Origin: an uncultured Candidatus Saccharibacteria bacterium
GTDB lineage: Bacteria > Patescibacteriota > Saccharimonadia > Saccharimonadales > Saccharimonadaceae
Length of the DNA stretch: 64,000 bases
Assembly (NCBI GenBank): GCA_963517665.1
Contig: CAUQFZ010000001.1
Location: forward strand, 37,182-101,181
Direction of reading: 5' to 3'
The notes under the pieces were generated by a model. The model did not search any database. It was given only the letters and a program-made list of their open reading frames with translations, and had not been told where the DNA came from. The position numbers and the translations under genes are program-made. Shown here piece after piece: positions 40,235 to 50,396 of this stretch; position 1 is the stretch's first letter, and each line of letters starts with the position of its first letter.

Positions 40235-41665
40235 TTTCCATGTCCAGATGCTGCCGCTTGGTGTGTCGCGAATGGCGATGCCAGCCGCCAACAGCTCGTC
40301 GCGAATGCGGTCGGATTCTTGCCAATCTTTCTCGGCGCGTGCCCCGCGCCGCTGAATGATTAGTCTCTTCAAATCGTCGGTAATATCAGGCGTCGATTCC
40401 GCCAAATCTAGGCCCAAAACCTCGTCAATAATTTCAATGAGCTGCAGCAAACCGCCACGGTGAATTTTCTCCAGTGGTGCATGATCCAGCCGTGAAAAGG
40501 CCTCGTCGATCAGTGCCAACGCCCCTGGCGTATCCAAATCATCATTTAGCTTTTCGACGAGTGCCTGCCGCGCCGCCAACAGCGACACCGTGCCCTCCCG
40601 TTCATCTTTCTCGTCGTCATCATCCAGCGTGTCGTGCGTCTGGTGCCGCAGCGCCGCATAGCCGCGCCAATGGTCCAGCCGCGCCTGGGCCGCTTCCAGA
40701 ATGTCCCAGGTAAAATTTCCCTCGGTTTGGTAATGTTTGCTGAGAATCGCCAGTTTGAAGGCCATCGGGCTGAAGCCACGGGCGGTGATATCGCTGAGGG
40801 TGATGATGTTGCCAAGCGACTTACTCATCTTGCGGCCATCCACCTTGATGTGATTATTATGTAGCCAAATTTGAGAAAATTGCTGCCCAGTCAAGCTCTC
40901 GCTCTGAGCAATCTCGTTGGTGTGGTGTACCGGAATATGGTCAATGCCGCCGGTGTGAATATCAATACTATCGCCCAGCGTCTCCCGGGCGATAGTCGAA
41001 CATTCCAAATGCCAGCCCGGAAAGCCGACGCCCCACGGGCTGTCCCATTCCATGTCTCGCTTAGCGTTGGTCGGTGAGAATTTCCAGACGGCGAAGTCGG
41101 TGATGTTGCGCTTGCCTGCCATGCTGACCCGGGCGCCGGCCTCCAGGCCTGCCACGTCCAGCCGTGCCAATTTGCCATAATCTGGCAGTCGCGACGTATC
41201 AAAATACATACCGTCGCCGTCAATTTTGTACAAAAATCCCTTTTCGTCCAGCCCCTTGGCAAAGTCAATTTGCTGCTGGACATAGTCTGTTGCCCGCACC
41301 AAATGGTCGGGCCGCATCAATTTTAGCACCTCGTAGGCTTCGTGCTCGGCGATGTTGATGTACTGCTCGGCCACATCCCAAGCGGTTTTACCCTCGCGGC
41401 GGGCACCCTTCTCCATCTTATCCTCACCGTCATCATCATCGCTGGTCAAATGTCCAACGTCGGTGATATTCTGCGTACGAATCACTGGAATGTCCTGCCA
41501 GCGCAACAAGCGCACCAATACATCCCAGTAAATATAGCCAACCCAGTTACCAATGTGCGGCTGTGAGTACACCGTTAGCCCGCAGGTGTACATGCGAACC
41601 GTCTGCCCGTCAAGCGGCGTCAGTTCATCTTTACGGCGAGTGAGGGTGTTGTAGAGCTGTATCAT
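40232..41665 (-). CDS. cysS: Cysteine--tRNA ligase
   Basis: MYTCGLTVY, HIGN, PGWHLECS, HHTNEIAQ, KMSKS; start after TACAAT. Confidence 0.97.
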   Translation of the reverse strand: MIQLYNTLTRRKDELTPLDGQTVRMYTCGLTVYSQPHIGNWVGYIYWDVLVRLLRWQDIPVIRTQNITDVGHLTSDDDDGEDKMEKGARREGKTAWDVAEQYINIAEHEAYEVLKLMRPDHLVRATDYVQQQIDFAKGLDEKGFLYKIDGDGMYFDTSRLPDYGKLARLDVAGLEAGARVSMAGKRNITDFAVWKFSPTNAKRDMEWDSPWGVGFPGWHLECSTIARETLGDSIDIHTGGIDHIPVHHTNEIAQSESLTGQQFSQIWLHNNHIKVDGRKMSKSLGNIITLSDITARGFSPMAFKLAILSKHYQTEGNFTWDILEAAQARLDHWRGYAALRHQTHDTLDDDDEKDEREGTVSLLAARQALVEKLNDDLDTPGALALIDEAFSRLDHAPLEKIHRGGLLQLIEIIDEVLGLDLAESTPDITDDLKRLIIQRRGARAEKDWQESDRIRDELLAAGIAIRDTPSGSIWTWK

Positions 41666-41830
41666 CAACTCTATTGTACGGCAGACAGGCCGCTTTTTCA
41701 AAGTTCGCTTTCGTCGTTTTCGACTCATCAGCATAGACATACATCTATGGAGCGAACTGACAAGCAGGAGAATAATACCGCGGCGGAGAGAGCCGCCAGA
41801 TATGGTTCTCGGCGGCTTGTCAGCTCGGAA

Positions 41831-42097
41831 TTAGGAGAGGAATTGTTCGAGTTTTTCCTCCTCTATGGCGTATAGAGTATAAGGGGTTTCCTTATACTCT
41901 AATTGTTGATACCGCTCAGCAGTATCAACAATTAGCAGAACCCTATGTGTCGGGTACTGGGCAATGGCGAAGAGGCTCTCGCCATGTCGTAGATAAAAGG
42001 AAGCCTCTCCATAAGAAGAGGCTCCTATTCTACGCCCGATGTCGCCGGCCTCGAGAGCCTTGATGATACGGTTGATGGTTTCGGTCTTGATCTCCAT
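41831..42097 (-). CDS. Hypothetical 88-aa protein with a long structured leader
   Basis: MEIKTET...; GAGGAG RBS upstream. Confidence 0.65.
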   Translation of the reverse strand: MEIKTETINRIIKALEAGDIGRRIGASSYGEASFYLRHGESLFAIAQYPTHRVLLIVDTAERYQQLEYKETPYTLYAIEEEKLEQFLS

Positions 42098-42334
42098 TGT
42101 AATTACTCTCTCCTCATCCAGGCGGAGTGCCTGTGCCTTCCCTTCAGGAAAAGCACTGCTCTTGGCGCCCGGATGGCGCGTGAGCAAGATGAGGTTTCAA
42201 AGCACTATTTGCCCAATCTGTGTAGACATGCCAAAATAACGCTGCAAAATCTCACCTCGCTCTATTCTCAACTGCTTGTCAACATACAACTTTTGGACAA
42301 AGCCATAAAACTTCGTCAACAAAAGTCTACTATC

Positions 42335-42363
42335 TTTATACCACTAATTAAATAAAATGTCAA
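42335..42363 (-). promoter_or_regulatory. Sigma70-type promoter
   Basis: TTGACA-N17-TATAAA with an extended TG. Confidence 0.7.
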
Positions 42364-42453
42364 CGTCTATCATCAAAGACACAGCCCTGATCCCCTGTTA
42401 GCCAAGGCATAATCATTGACATAATGAATGATATAGTGTATAATTTGATAACT

Positions 42454-43338
42454 ATGAGTGAGCGACGTCCTGGCAGCGCATCACCCACGCGGCAGAGATG
42501 GCACCCGATTAACAACCCAGCGGAGCTTGGGCGTATTCAGGACCGGCTGGTAGAAACGCTGGACCGCCCTGAAATCACCGACAAGCTGGGAGGCTTGGCG
42601 CTGGAACTTTCAGAGGTTGCTCAGCAGCTACATCCTGTTACGTACAACAAGGCCGGCATTATTAGTGCCGATGAGTTATTGGCATCTGACCCGAACAGTA
42701 TCCCGCTAGTCGGGAGTACGAAGTTTACCTCGCACTTTAAGCTTGTGCCAATGCCTATGCAGCTTGAAGCTATAAACAAAAAGTTGACCAGCGATGAATG
42801 TGATCAAATATTAATTCCTCAGCTAGAGAGAGTGTTAGGTAGTAAATATAATAGTGAGATGATGAAGGTTGATCGTCCAAGTCTAGCTACATGCTGCGCA
42901 GTGACAAAATATTTTAATCTTACTAAAGACGATATCTCTCATGTTGCAGGTCGGCCTTTTATAGGCATGAACTCTACTGACATTGAACCAATCGACATTG
43001 CGGTTGTGGTCCATGAAGCAACGCATGCGTTGGACCATACAAAAGACCCATTGCTTTACGTCTGTGACAAAAAAGACCTGTCAGCTACCGCATTGGCAGA
43101 TTTCAGGTCTCATCTCAAGCTTGCCCGTGAACTAAAGGCATATGCGGTTGGTGATTGTGTTGAGCGGTACCTTGCTGAAACCCACGGGTCAATGGAGCGC
43201 CCTATGCTAGCATCTCACAGAGTTGAAGCTATCCGTCAGGAGGTCAATGGTCCCGTGACTGCAAAAGATGCCTTTGCGGTGCATGAGGATTTGGTGAAGC
43301 GTTTGATTGCAGCAGGTTTGGGTCATATTTATCAGTAG
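42454..43338 (+). CDS. HExxH zincin-like protein, paralog 1
   Basis: VVHEATH...RELKAYAVG; TTGACA-N17-TATAAT upstream. Confidence 0.7.
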   Translation: MSERRPGSASPTRQRWHPINNPAELGRIQDRLVETLDRPEITDKLGGLALELSEVAQQLHPVTYNKAGIISADELLASDPNSIPLVGSTKFTSHFKLVPMPMQLEAINKKLTSDECDQILIPQLERVLGSKYNSEMMKVDRPSLATCCAVTKYFNLTKDDISHVAGRPFIGMNSTDIEPIDIAVVVHEATHALDHTKDPLLYVCDKKDLSATALADFRSHLKLARELKAYAVGDCVERYLAETHGSMERPMLASHRVEAIRQEVNGPVTAKDAFAVHEDLVKRLIAAGLGHIYQ

Positions 43339-43402
43339 AGCTTATGTCTTGAGCCTTATACTTGACAAAATACCAAGTATAATGTATAATACAAAGATAG
43401 TT

Positions 43403-44245
43403 GTGAGAGACGAACTATACATCATTAACCCACCAACCTCTAGCTATGATAATCCTATCTCGCTAGATTCTTTAAAGTACATGAAAGATAAACTATTAGG
43501 TGCTTTAGAGAATCCTGAGATACTTGATAAGCTGGGAGCGGTAGCCCTAGGGTTATATGACACGGCTCAAATGCTGGAGCCTATGGAATGGGTTGAGGGT
43601 GAAGAACTAGGAGATAGTCATCCTAACTCTGATTGGACGGATAAAAATATTATACCGCTTATTGGTTGTGATAAGTTTGTTATCTCTGGAAAACAGATGT
43701 CTCATATGCCAGTCCAAAAAGCTAAAATAGACGAGGCTCTCGCCAGCGACAAGTATGCCGGAGTGTATGGCGATGAAATATATGATCAGATAAAGGCCTC
43801 GCCTGTTATGACAAAAGAGGCAGGAAAGCTCACCGGATCTTGTCATACCAGTTTCTCCATGGTAACTAACATGGACCTTTATATATATTCTCGTCCTGTT
43901 GTCAGCGTAGCTAATAGTGGACTTATGGCTATCAATGTCGCCACTTTGTCTCACGAGACAGATCATGCGCGTGATTATGTTATGGACCCAGTTGTGGAGA
44001 TATATCCCAAAGATGACCGAGCAAGACTCTGCTCTGAGCTGCGAGCCTATGCCGTAGGTAAGGTATTTCAGGATCATTTAGTGCATGAGAGCGGGCTGAT
44101 GTTGAGATACCCTAGTTTGTCCGATCAGGTAGAAAAGGTACGAAGAGAGGTCAACGGTCCCGTGACTGCAAAAGATGCCTTTGCGGTGCATGAGGACATA
44201 ATTCAGCGCTTGGAGCAAGCGGGTCTGAGTTATATTTATCGATAG
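43403..44245 (+). CDS. HExxH zincin-like protein, paralog 2 (GTG start inferred)
   Basis: LSHETDH...SELRAYAVG; TTGACA-N17-TATAAT at 43362-43390. Confidence 0.7.
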   Translation: MRDELYIINPPTSSYDNPISLDSLKYMKDKLLGALENPEILDKLGAVALGLYDTAQMLEPMEWVEGEELGDSHPNSDWTDKNIIPLIGCDKFVISGKQMSHMPVQKAKIDEALASDKYAGVYGDEIYDQIKASPVMTKEAGKLTGSCHTSFSMVTNMDLYIYSRPVVSVANSGLMAINVATLSHETDHARDYVMDPVVEIYPKDDRARLCSELRAYAVGKVFQDHLVHESGLMLRYPSLSDQVEKVRREVNGPVTAKDAFAVHEDIIQRLEQAGLSYIYR

Positions 44246-44248
44246 ATC

Positions 44249-45148
44249 TTACTCGAGTCTTATTTTACTAAGTAGATTGGCGACTATACTTGTGTCTGCT
44301 AATTCCTTCCAGGTTTGTTCACCGATGATTATGCCGAGCTCTGAAATATGTGTATCAATGTTTGGCGTGTCCATTCTTCCGCTGCTGTAAGAAAAAGATT
44401 TGAGGCGCCGATGTAAGCGTGCTAATACTGTCTCTGTTTGCATTATTTTGATAACGTCGCCGTATATCTTCTGTAACTCGAATTCATTCTCTAGATCTCT
44501 AACTACTGCAAAGTTGCAAACACAATGTAATGTTTTACTAACTTTTGCCGCACATTCCTCAAAGCTATAATAACCTAAACGAGCGTTAGCTATGTCGGCC
44601 ACTGTACCGTGAATCGCATAAGCCAGATAATGGGACAATGCTAGTAGCGCTGGATTATCATTTACTGTGATATTGAGGACGGAAGAAGGTTGGCTGATCA
44701 ATGGTATTGGTTCATTAATCTCGTGTAGGAATTCATGCTCAGCAAGTTGCTTAACGATGAGGGGCTGATCAAGTCCTTCGATCGTCTGCCAAGCGGCATT
44801 ATTTAGGGCTATGATATTTTGCCGGAGCGCGTTCATATCATCGCACGCCACAGTCTGCTTTTTCTCTGCCGTGATTTGATTCATTGCTAAAAGCAGAGCT
44901 TCGTCGTTTGTAGATGCCTGAATATGTCGCAACTTGTCCGTTAAGCTTACCGCTTCATCGGTATAGAGATCGATATCAATGGTAATAAGTCCTGTGTCTA
45001 TATAGCGTGAACCAAGTGCGAAATAATCAACTTGTCGCAACAAGCCAGCCTGCTGCGTCATTTGCTTGAACGTATTCATCGCTAGATGTTCGTAAATATG
45101 TGCCTCAATCGGTGAAGTGGCTTGTTTACAGAGAAAAATTCGTTGCAT
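44249..45148 (-). CDS. Hypothetical protein with an N-terminal HxxEH (M16-like) motif
   Basis: AHIYEHL at about residue 17. Confidence 0.65.
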   Translation of the reverse strand: MQRIFLCKQATSPIEAHIYEHLAMNTFKQMTQQAGLLRQVDYFALGSRYIDTGLITIDIDLYTDEAVSLTDKLRHIQASTNDEALLLAMNQITAEKKQTVACDDMNALRQNIIALNNAAWQTIEGLDQPLIVKQLAEHEFLHEINEPIPLISQPSSVLNITVNDNPALLALSHYLAYAIHGTVADIANARLGYYSFEECAAKVSKTLHCVCNFAVVRDLENEFELQKIYGDVIKIMQTETVLARLHRRLKSFSYSSGRMDTPNIDTHISELGIIIGEQTWKELADTSIVANLLSKIRLE

Positions 45149-45211
45149 ATCCGTCTATATATTATCACAGAGAATAGACAGTTTATTGACTTGTCTAGGT
45201 CATGTGCTTAG

Positions 45212-45409
45212 CTAGAATCGCTTACCGTTACCACTACGACCATGGTAGTTGCGACCCTTAGTGTCATGTTCCTTTCTGTCGGTGTCCTTGCGCTTGGAGC
45301 GGTTACCTCCGCCGCGCATGAGAGCGTTATTGCGCCTCGTTTCGCACTTGGAACAAGGACAGACCTTCTTTGGGACACCATACGTCGAGCAGTTGCTGCT
45401 GCGGACCAT
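45212..45409 (-). CDS. Small basic Cys-rich protein (65 aa)
   Basis: MVRSSNC...VCPCSKC...; AAGGAG RBS inside a hairpin. Confidence 0.55.
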   Translation of the reverse strand: MVRSSNCSTYGVPKKVCPCSKCETRRNNALMRGGGNRSKRKDTDRKEHDTKGRNYHGRSGNGKRF

Positions 45410-45521
45410 GATAACTCCTTCTGGAGTTGGGCGAAGAAAAGCTATTCTTCGCGAAGCGAGACATCTCAAGCCTAGTAGCTTCCAGGCGAAACGCCAGCCT
45501 CTGCGATTGCAAAAGCCAATA

Positions 45522-45550
45522 TATATACCAATAATAGAACAAAACGTCAA
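45522..45550 (-). promoter_or_regulatory. Sigma70-type promoter
   Basis: TTGACG-N17-TATATA with an extended TG. Confidence 0.65.
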
Positions 45551-45647
45551 TAGATTTTTGTCAAGATTATGTTATAAAAATATCGTAGCCCCTGTTACGA
45601 GACGTTGGTAAAGCATGCTGTTAACTGCTGAAATATTGTAATAAGTG

Positions 45648-46634
45648 CTAGTTCTGTCGTACCTCTTCCAGAGCCCGGCTAGTCGCCTCGACCAATTCCC
45701 GTACGATTTGGTCGTACTCTTCGTATACGCGAAACCCAGCCGCATACGGATGGCCGCCGCCGCCGAAGTAGCCAGCCACGGTGTCGGCGATTGGTAGGTT
45801 GCCACGCAGGCGGGCGGTCAGTTTGCCGTCAGGATAGGTTTTGATGACGCAGCTGAGCGCCACACCTTCGACTAGTCGTAGTTCGTCACCGATCAGCGCG
45901 CCGGGGTTGTAGGCGTCGCTGTAGGCTTGAATTTCCTCGAACGGTACGTGCACCAGCGCTAATTCCCCGTCTAGTAAATATTCGATTCGCTCAATCAACT
46001 TGCCTTTGTAGGCCAAAATTTCCGGCAATTTTTTCATAAATTCACGCCGCCGTTCTTCAATCTTGGCATTGGATGCGCCGAGTGCGGTCAATTCACCGGC
46101 CACGTGGAAGGTTGACTCGGTGGTGTTTGGCGTGGTGAGACCCAGGCTGTCAGACATGATGGCGATGAGGAGGTTTTCGGCGGCTTGCTGGTTGATTGCC
46201 CAGCCGGCGTGGGTGAACAATTGGTAGAGCAATTCCCCGGTAGCCACTACGGTATCAGAGAGCATGGTATGCTCAAAACTCAGCGTTGACCCGGCGGTGT
46301 GGTGGTCGATAACCAAGACTGGATGTGTTTCCAAAAAGTGCCGCACGCCCGGCGTTTCCAAAACCTTACTGAGCAAAATGTCAGCGCTGGTATCAACGAT
46401 GATAGCCAGGTCAGCGCGGGCTGGAAAATCGCCAACTACCCTGTCCCAGCCGCGGATGTAGCGCAGATATTTAGGGATGTCGACTGGGCAGTACAGTGTC
46501 ACGGTCTTACCCAAATCACTCAGCACTTCCTCCAGCGCCAAGCTAGAACCCAGGCTGTCGCCGTCAGGGTTTTCAGCTTGGATGATGACGATGTTGTTGG
46601 CGGATTGGATGAGTTGTTGGGCGGTATTAAACAT
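45648..46634 (-). CDS. DHH/DHHA1 phosphoesterase (NrnA-like)
   Basis: PDGDSLGS, IVD, IDHH, SDS, GGGHPYAAG. Confidence 0.9.
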   Translation of the reverse strand: MFNTAQQLIQSANNIVIIQAENPDGDSLGSSLALEEVLSDLGKTVTLYCPVDIPKYLRYIRGWDRVVGDFPARADLAIIVDTSADILLSKVLETPGVRHFLETHPVLVIDHHTAGSTLSFEHTMLSDTVVATGELLYQLFTHAGWAINQQAAENLLIAIMSDSLGLTTPNTTESTFHVAGELTALGASNAKIEERRREFMKKLPEILAYKGKLIERIEYLLDGELALVHVPFEEIQAYSDAYNPGALIGDELRLVEGVALSCVIKTYPDGKLTARLRGNLPIADTVAGYFGGGGHPYAAGFRVYEEYDQIVRELVEATSRALEEVRQN

Positions 46635-46774
46635 GTTCTTATTATAGCAGATGAGGTTTTTACCGATAGAGCGACAATATGTGATAAATGACCACTATTA
46701 TTGACAAAAAATAAAGTTTATGATAATATGGAGCTATAAGGTCCGAGGTGAGGATCGAAAGAAGAGGAGTTTTT

Positions 46775-47929
46775 ATGAATAAATTTAAGAAAATCGGTAT
46801 AGCTATCTCTTTGGGGATTGCTCTCATCGGTGGTGTTTGGATGGCAACTCCATCTAAGGCTGCCAACTGTAGTAACTTTAATGTTGTCCACTGTGGTACA
46901 AATTCTCTGTCAGAATTGAAAGCTGCGTATGCTCGTCCAGAGATCAAATCATTGTACAACCAATGGTATATCAATGACGAAATGGTACAAGGCGGCTCAA
47001 ACATGCGTGAAGGTGTGGTTGATGCTAACGGAAATATTACTGTTGATGGTCGTGTTGTCGCCACCAATGCAGTCACTGTTCAGGCAAAAGCTGGTACGCG
47101 CCAGGTGACGCCTTCTCGTCAGTATAGTGCTGCTGGTCACACCTACTACCAGTACACGACTGGCCAGAGCTTTATCGACGGTATTACCCGGTACAAAATT
47201 TATGCTTGGTTTGACAATGATGGCAAGTTTATCACCGGTGTAATCAAGGATTGTGGTAACCCAGTCTGGGGTCCTCCTACAACTCCTCCGGCAAAACCTG
47301 TGTTGACTTGTGATGCGATGCAAAAAACTGCAGTATCTCGCGATACCTTCAAGTTCAGCACTAAAGCAACTGCCAAGGGCGGCGCAAGTGTCACTAGCTA
47401 CACCTACAACTTTGGTGACGGCACTACTAAAACAACTACCTCATCTGAAATTCAACACACATACGCAAAAGCTGGTAACTATAAAGTTACCGTTACGGTG
47501 AATGGTAAAGAAGGCTCCAATGTTCAAAAAACTAGCCAAAACTGTCAGACGACTGTTACGGTTAATCCTGAGCCTACCATGGAAGTCTGCCGATTATCCG
47601 ACAAGAAGTACCCAGTAACTATCAAGGCTTCAGAATTTGACGCTAAGAAGCACTCAAAGAACCCGAACGACTGCAAGGAAGCTCCAGCTAAGATCAAGGT
47701 TTGTGTCATCGAAACGAAAGAGATTCGTGAGATTAAAAAGGAAGAGTTTACTGAGTCGAAGCACACGACTGACATGAGTAAGTGTCAACCAGCGCCAACG
47801 ACTCCTACTCCTCCAACAACTCCTGAATTGCCACGGACTGGTACTGAGAACATGGTTGTTTCAGTACTGGGACTCGGTGGATTGACCACGGCAGCTGTCG
47901 CTTACGTCATCAGTCGCCGCCGCTTGTAA
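46775..47929 (+). CDS. Secreted PKD-domain surface protein with an LPxTG sorting signal
   Basis: Signal peptide; YNFGDG..HTYAKAGNYKVTVTV; LPRTG-TM-RRR; GAGGAG RBS. Confidence 0.85.
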   Translation: MNKFKKIGIAISLGIALIGGVWMATPSKAANCSNFNVVHCGTNSLSELKAAYARPEIKSLYNQWYINDEMVQGGSNMREGVVDANGNITVDGRVVATNAVTVQAKAGTRQVTPSRQYSAAGHTYYQYTTGQSFIDGITRYKIYAWFDNDGKFITGVIKDCGNPVWGPPTTPPAKPVLTCDAMQKTAVSRDTFKFSTKATAKGGASVTSYTYNFGDGTTKTTTSSEIQHTYAKAGNYKVTVTVNGKEGSNVQKTSQNCQTTVTVNPEPTMEVCRLSDKKYPVTIKASEFDAKKHSKNPNDCKEAPAKIKVCVIETKEIREIKKEEFTESKHTTDMSKCQPAPTTPTPPTTPELPRTGTENMVVSVLGLGGLTTAAVAYVISRRRL

Positions 47930-47946
47930 ACAGCTAACAATGAAAG

Positions 47947-47977
47947 AAATACCCGCTTGGTGTTAAGCGGGTATTTT
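47947..47977. terminator. Bidirectional terminator
   Basis: AAATACCCGCTT-ggtgtt-AAGCGGGTATTT. Confidence 0.85.
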
Positions 47978-47983
47978 GATTAG

Positions 47984-50329
47984 TTAGTTTTTCTTGCGAG
48001 CTGTGGGCTTTTTGGTGGAAGTTTTTGGCTTGGTTGCAGTGCGGCCGCGGCGAGCGGGCTTAGCGGGAGCGGCTTTGAGAAGTTCCAGAGCTTGCTCATG
48101 GGTGATAGCTTTAGGGTCGGTATCTTTAGGGATTTTAGCGTTTTTCGTGCCGTCAGTGATGTATGGACCAAAGCGGCCGTTGAGAACTTTGACGCCATCG
48201 CCAAAGTCAGCGATATTTTTCTCGGCTTCGGTCTGGAGTTTGGCGGCGTAGAGTTCGCGGGCTTTCTCCAGAGTGATGGTATGCGGATCTTCGGGCTTGA
48301 TGGAGACGAAGAGCTTGCCGACTTGGATGTACGGACCAAAGCGTCCGATGTTGGCCTTGATGTCTTGTCCGTCTTCGGTTTGTCCGACGACACGCGGCAA
48401 CTTGAACATTTCTAGTGCCTGCTCCAGAGTGACGGTCTCAATTTTCGCTCCCTTTGGCAGCGGCGCAAAGCGTGGTTTATCCTCGTCATCAGTGGCACCC
48501 AGTTGCAACATTGGGCCAAAGCGTCCAAAGCGCGCCAAGATTGGTTTGCCGGATTTTGGATCGATGCCGACTTCGCGGTTGGCGCCGACGGTGCTGCGGT
48601 CGATGCCGCCTGATTGTTCAATCAATTTGTGAAATGGCGTGTAAAATCCTTGCAGCATGGCGCTTTTCGCTAGGTCAGCGGCGGCGATTTTATCAAATTC
48701 AGTTTCGACATTGGCGGTAAAATCATAGTCAACGATTTGCGTGAAATGGTCGGTCAAAAAGTCGGCGATCAGTTCCCCGCTTGGCGTTGGGATGAGCTTG
48801 CCGCGGGTAGAGCCGGTTTTTTCCTGAACGATGTTACGGCTGACTTCCTCGCCGTTGTAGCTGAGGACGATGACGTCGCGCGGCTGGCCTTCGCTGTCGC
48901 CCTTTTCGACGTAGCCGCGGGTCTGCACGGTGTCGATGATGGTAGCGTAAGTGCTTGGTCGGCCGATACCGAGGTCTTCGAGTTTCTTGACCAATGAGCC
49001 TTCGGTGTATCTGCTCGGCGGCCGGGCGAAGGTTTGGCGGGCGGTGATGTCGTGGGTTTCGAGGGTGTCGCCGGTGTGAAGCTTTGGTAAAATCTCGTCT
49101 TTGCCGCCGCCATAGACACGCAAGAATCCGTCAAAGGTGATGACTTCGCCTTTGGCTTCAAAATGTAGCTTGTTATTTCCTTGAATATCTATGGAAATTG
49201 TTGTTTTCTCTAATTTCGCTGGTGACATTTGGGATGCCAGGGTGCGGCGGCGGATGAGGTCGTAGAGTTTTTGGTCGTACTCGTTGGAGGTAACGGTTTC
49301 ACGGGTGATGTCGGTTGGGCGGATGGCCTCGTGGGCTTCTTGAGCTGAGGCGGATTTGGTTTTGAATTTGCGGACGGTGGAGTAGTCTGGACCGTACAGC
49401 CGCTTGATAAAGTCGGTGGCGCTGGCGATGGCCTGCCCGCTCAAATTGACCGAGTCAGTACGCATGTAGGTAATCTTACCGTCTTGGTAGAGCCGCTGGG
49501 CTGAAGCCATAGTGGCTTTGGAACTAAAGCCAAGCTTGGCGTTAGCCTCCTGCTGCAGAGTCGAGGTCGTAAACGGCGCGGCTGGATTGCGGGTGCCAGG
49601 CGTCTTGGAGATATCGCTGACGGTGAATGTGGCTAGCTTGAGACTAGTTAAGAACTCATGCGCAGCTGCTTCGGAATCAAATTTCTGGTTGAGCTCGGCT
49701 TTGAATTCTTGATTATCGTGGATAAATATGGCGGTCACCTTGAACTGCGAGCTGCCTTCAAATTTCATAATTTCTCGTTCGCGCTCGACTAGCAGTCGCA
49801 CTGCCGGGCTCTGAACGCGGCCGGCTGACTTGCCGCCCGGCACCTTTTGCCAGACCACGGGGCTGAGCTCAAAGCCAACCAGCCGGTCGAGGATTTGCCG
49901 GGCTTGCTGGGCTTGCACCAGATTCATATCAACAGTACGCGGGTTTTTGATGGCATTGGTGATAGCGTCTTTGGTAATCTCGTGAAAGACGATGCGTTTG
50001 GTCGTCTCAATCGGCAGATCCAGCACTTTACAGAGATGCCAAGCAATAGCCTCCCCTTCGCGGTCTTCATCGGTGGCCAGCCAGACATTGTCTTTACCAA
50101 CGGCCTTAACGTTTTTCTTTAGCTCACTGATGACTTTCTTTTTCTCAGGATCGACTTCGTAGACAGCAAAAAAATCATTCGCCACATCAATCGGCGGCGT
50201 GCCGTCCTTGGTTTTTTTGACAATCGAGCGGATGTGTCCCACGCTTGATAAGACATGAAAATCCTTGCCCAAATATTTCTCAATGGTTTTGGCTTTAGCT
50301 GGTGACTCGACGATGACGAGATTTTTCAT
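47984..50329 (-). CDS. topA: DNA topoisomerase I
   Basis: LVIVESPAKA, DEDREGE, SAGRVQS, ITYMRTD, GIGRPSTY; GRFGPY repeats and Lys-rich tail. Confidence 0.97.
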   Translation of the reverse strand: MKNLVIVESPAKAKTIEKYLGKDFHVLSSVGHIRSIVKKTKDGTPPIDVANDFFAVYEVDPEKKKVISELKKNVKAVGKDNVWLATDEDREGEAIAWHLCKVLDLPIETTKRIVFHEITKDAITNAIKNPRTVDMNLVQAQQARQILDRLVGFELSPVVWQKVPGGKSAGRVQSPAVRLLVEREREIMKFEGSSQFKVTAIFIHDNQEFKAELNQKFDSEAAAHEFLTSLKLATFTVSDISKTPGTRNPAAPFTTSTLQQEANAKLGFSSKATMASAQRLYQDGKITYMRTDSVNLSGQAIASATDFIKRLYGPDYSTVRKFKTKSASAQEAHEAIRPTDITRETVTSNEYDQKLYDLIRRRTLASQMSPAKLEKTTISIDIQGNNKLHFEAKGEVITFDGFLRVYGGGKDEILPKLHTGDTLETHDITARQTFARPPSRYTEGSLVKKLEDLGIGRPSTYATIIDTVQTRGYVEKGDSEGQPRDVIVLSYNGEEVSRNIVQEKTGSTRGKLIPTPSGELIADFLTDHFTQIVDYDFTANVETEFDKIAAADLAKSAMLQGFYTPFHKLIEQSGGIDRSTVGANREVGIDPKSGKPILARFGRFGPMLQLGATDDEDKPRFAPLPKGAKIETVTLEQALEMFKLPRVVGQTEDGQDIKANIGRFGPYIQVGKLFVSIKPEDPHTITLEKARELYAAKLQTEAEKNIADFGDGVKVLNGRFGPYITDGTKNAKIPKDTDPKAITHEQALELLKAAPAKPARRGRTATKPKTSTKKPTARKKN

Positions 50330-50396
50330 AACTTTATATTATACCATATCGGACGACCCATCAAATAATGGCCGTTTGAGCGTGGCGGTTTCTGCG

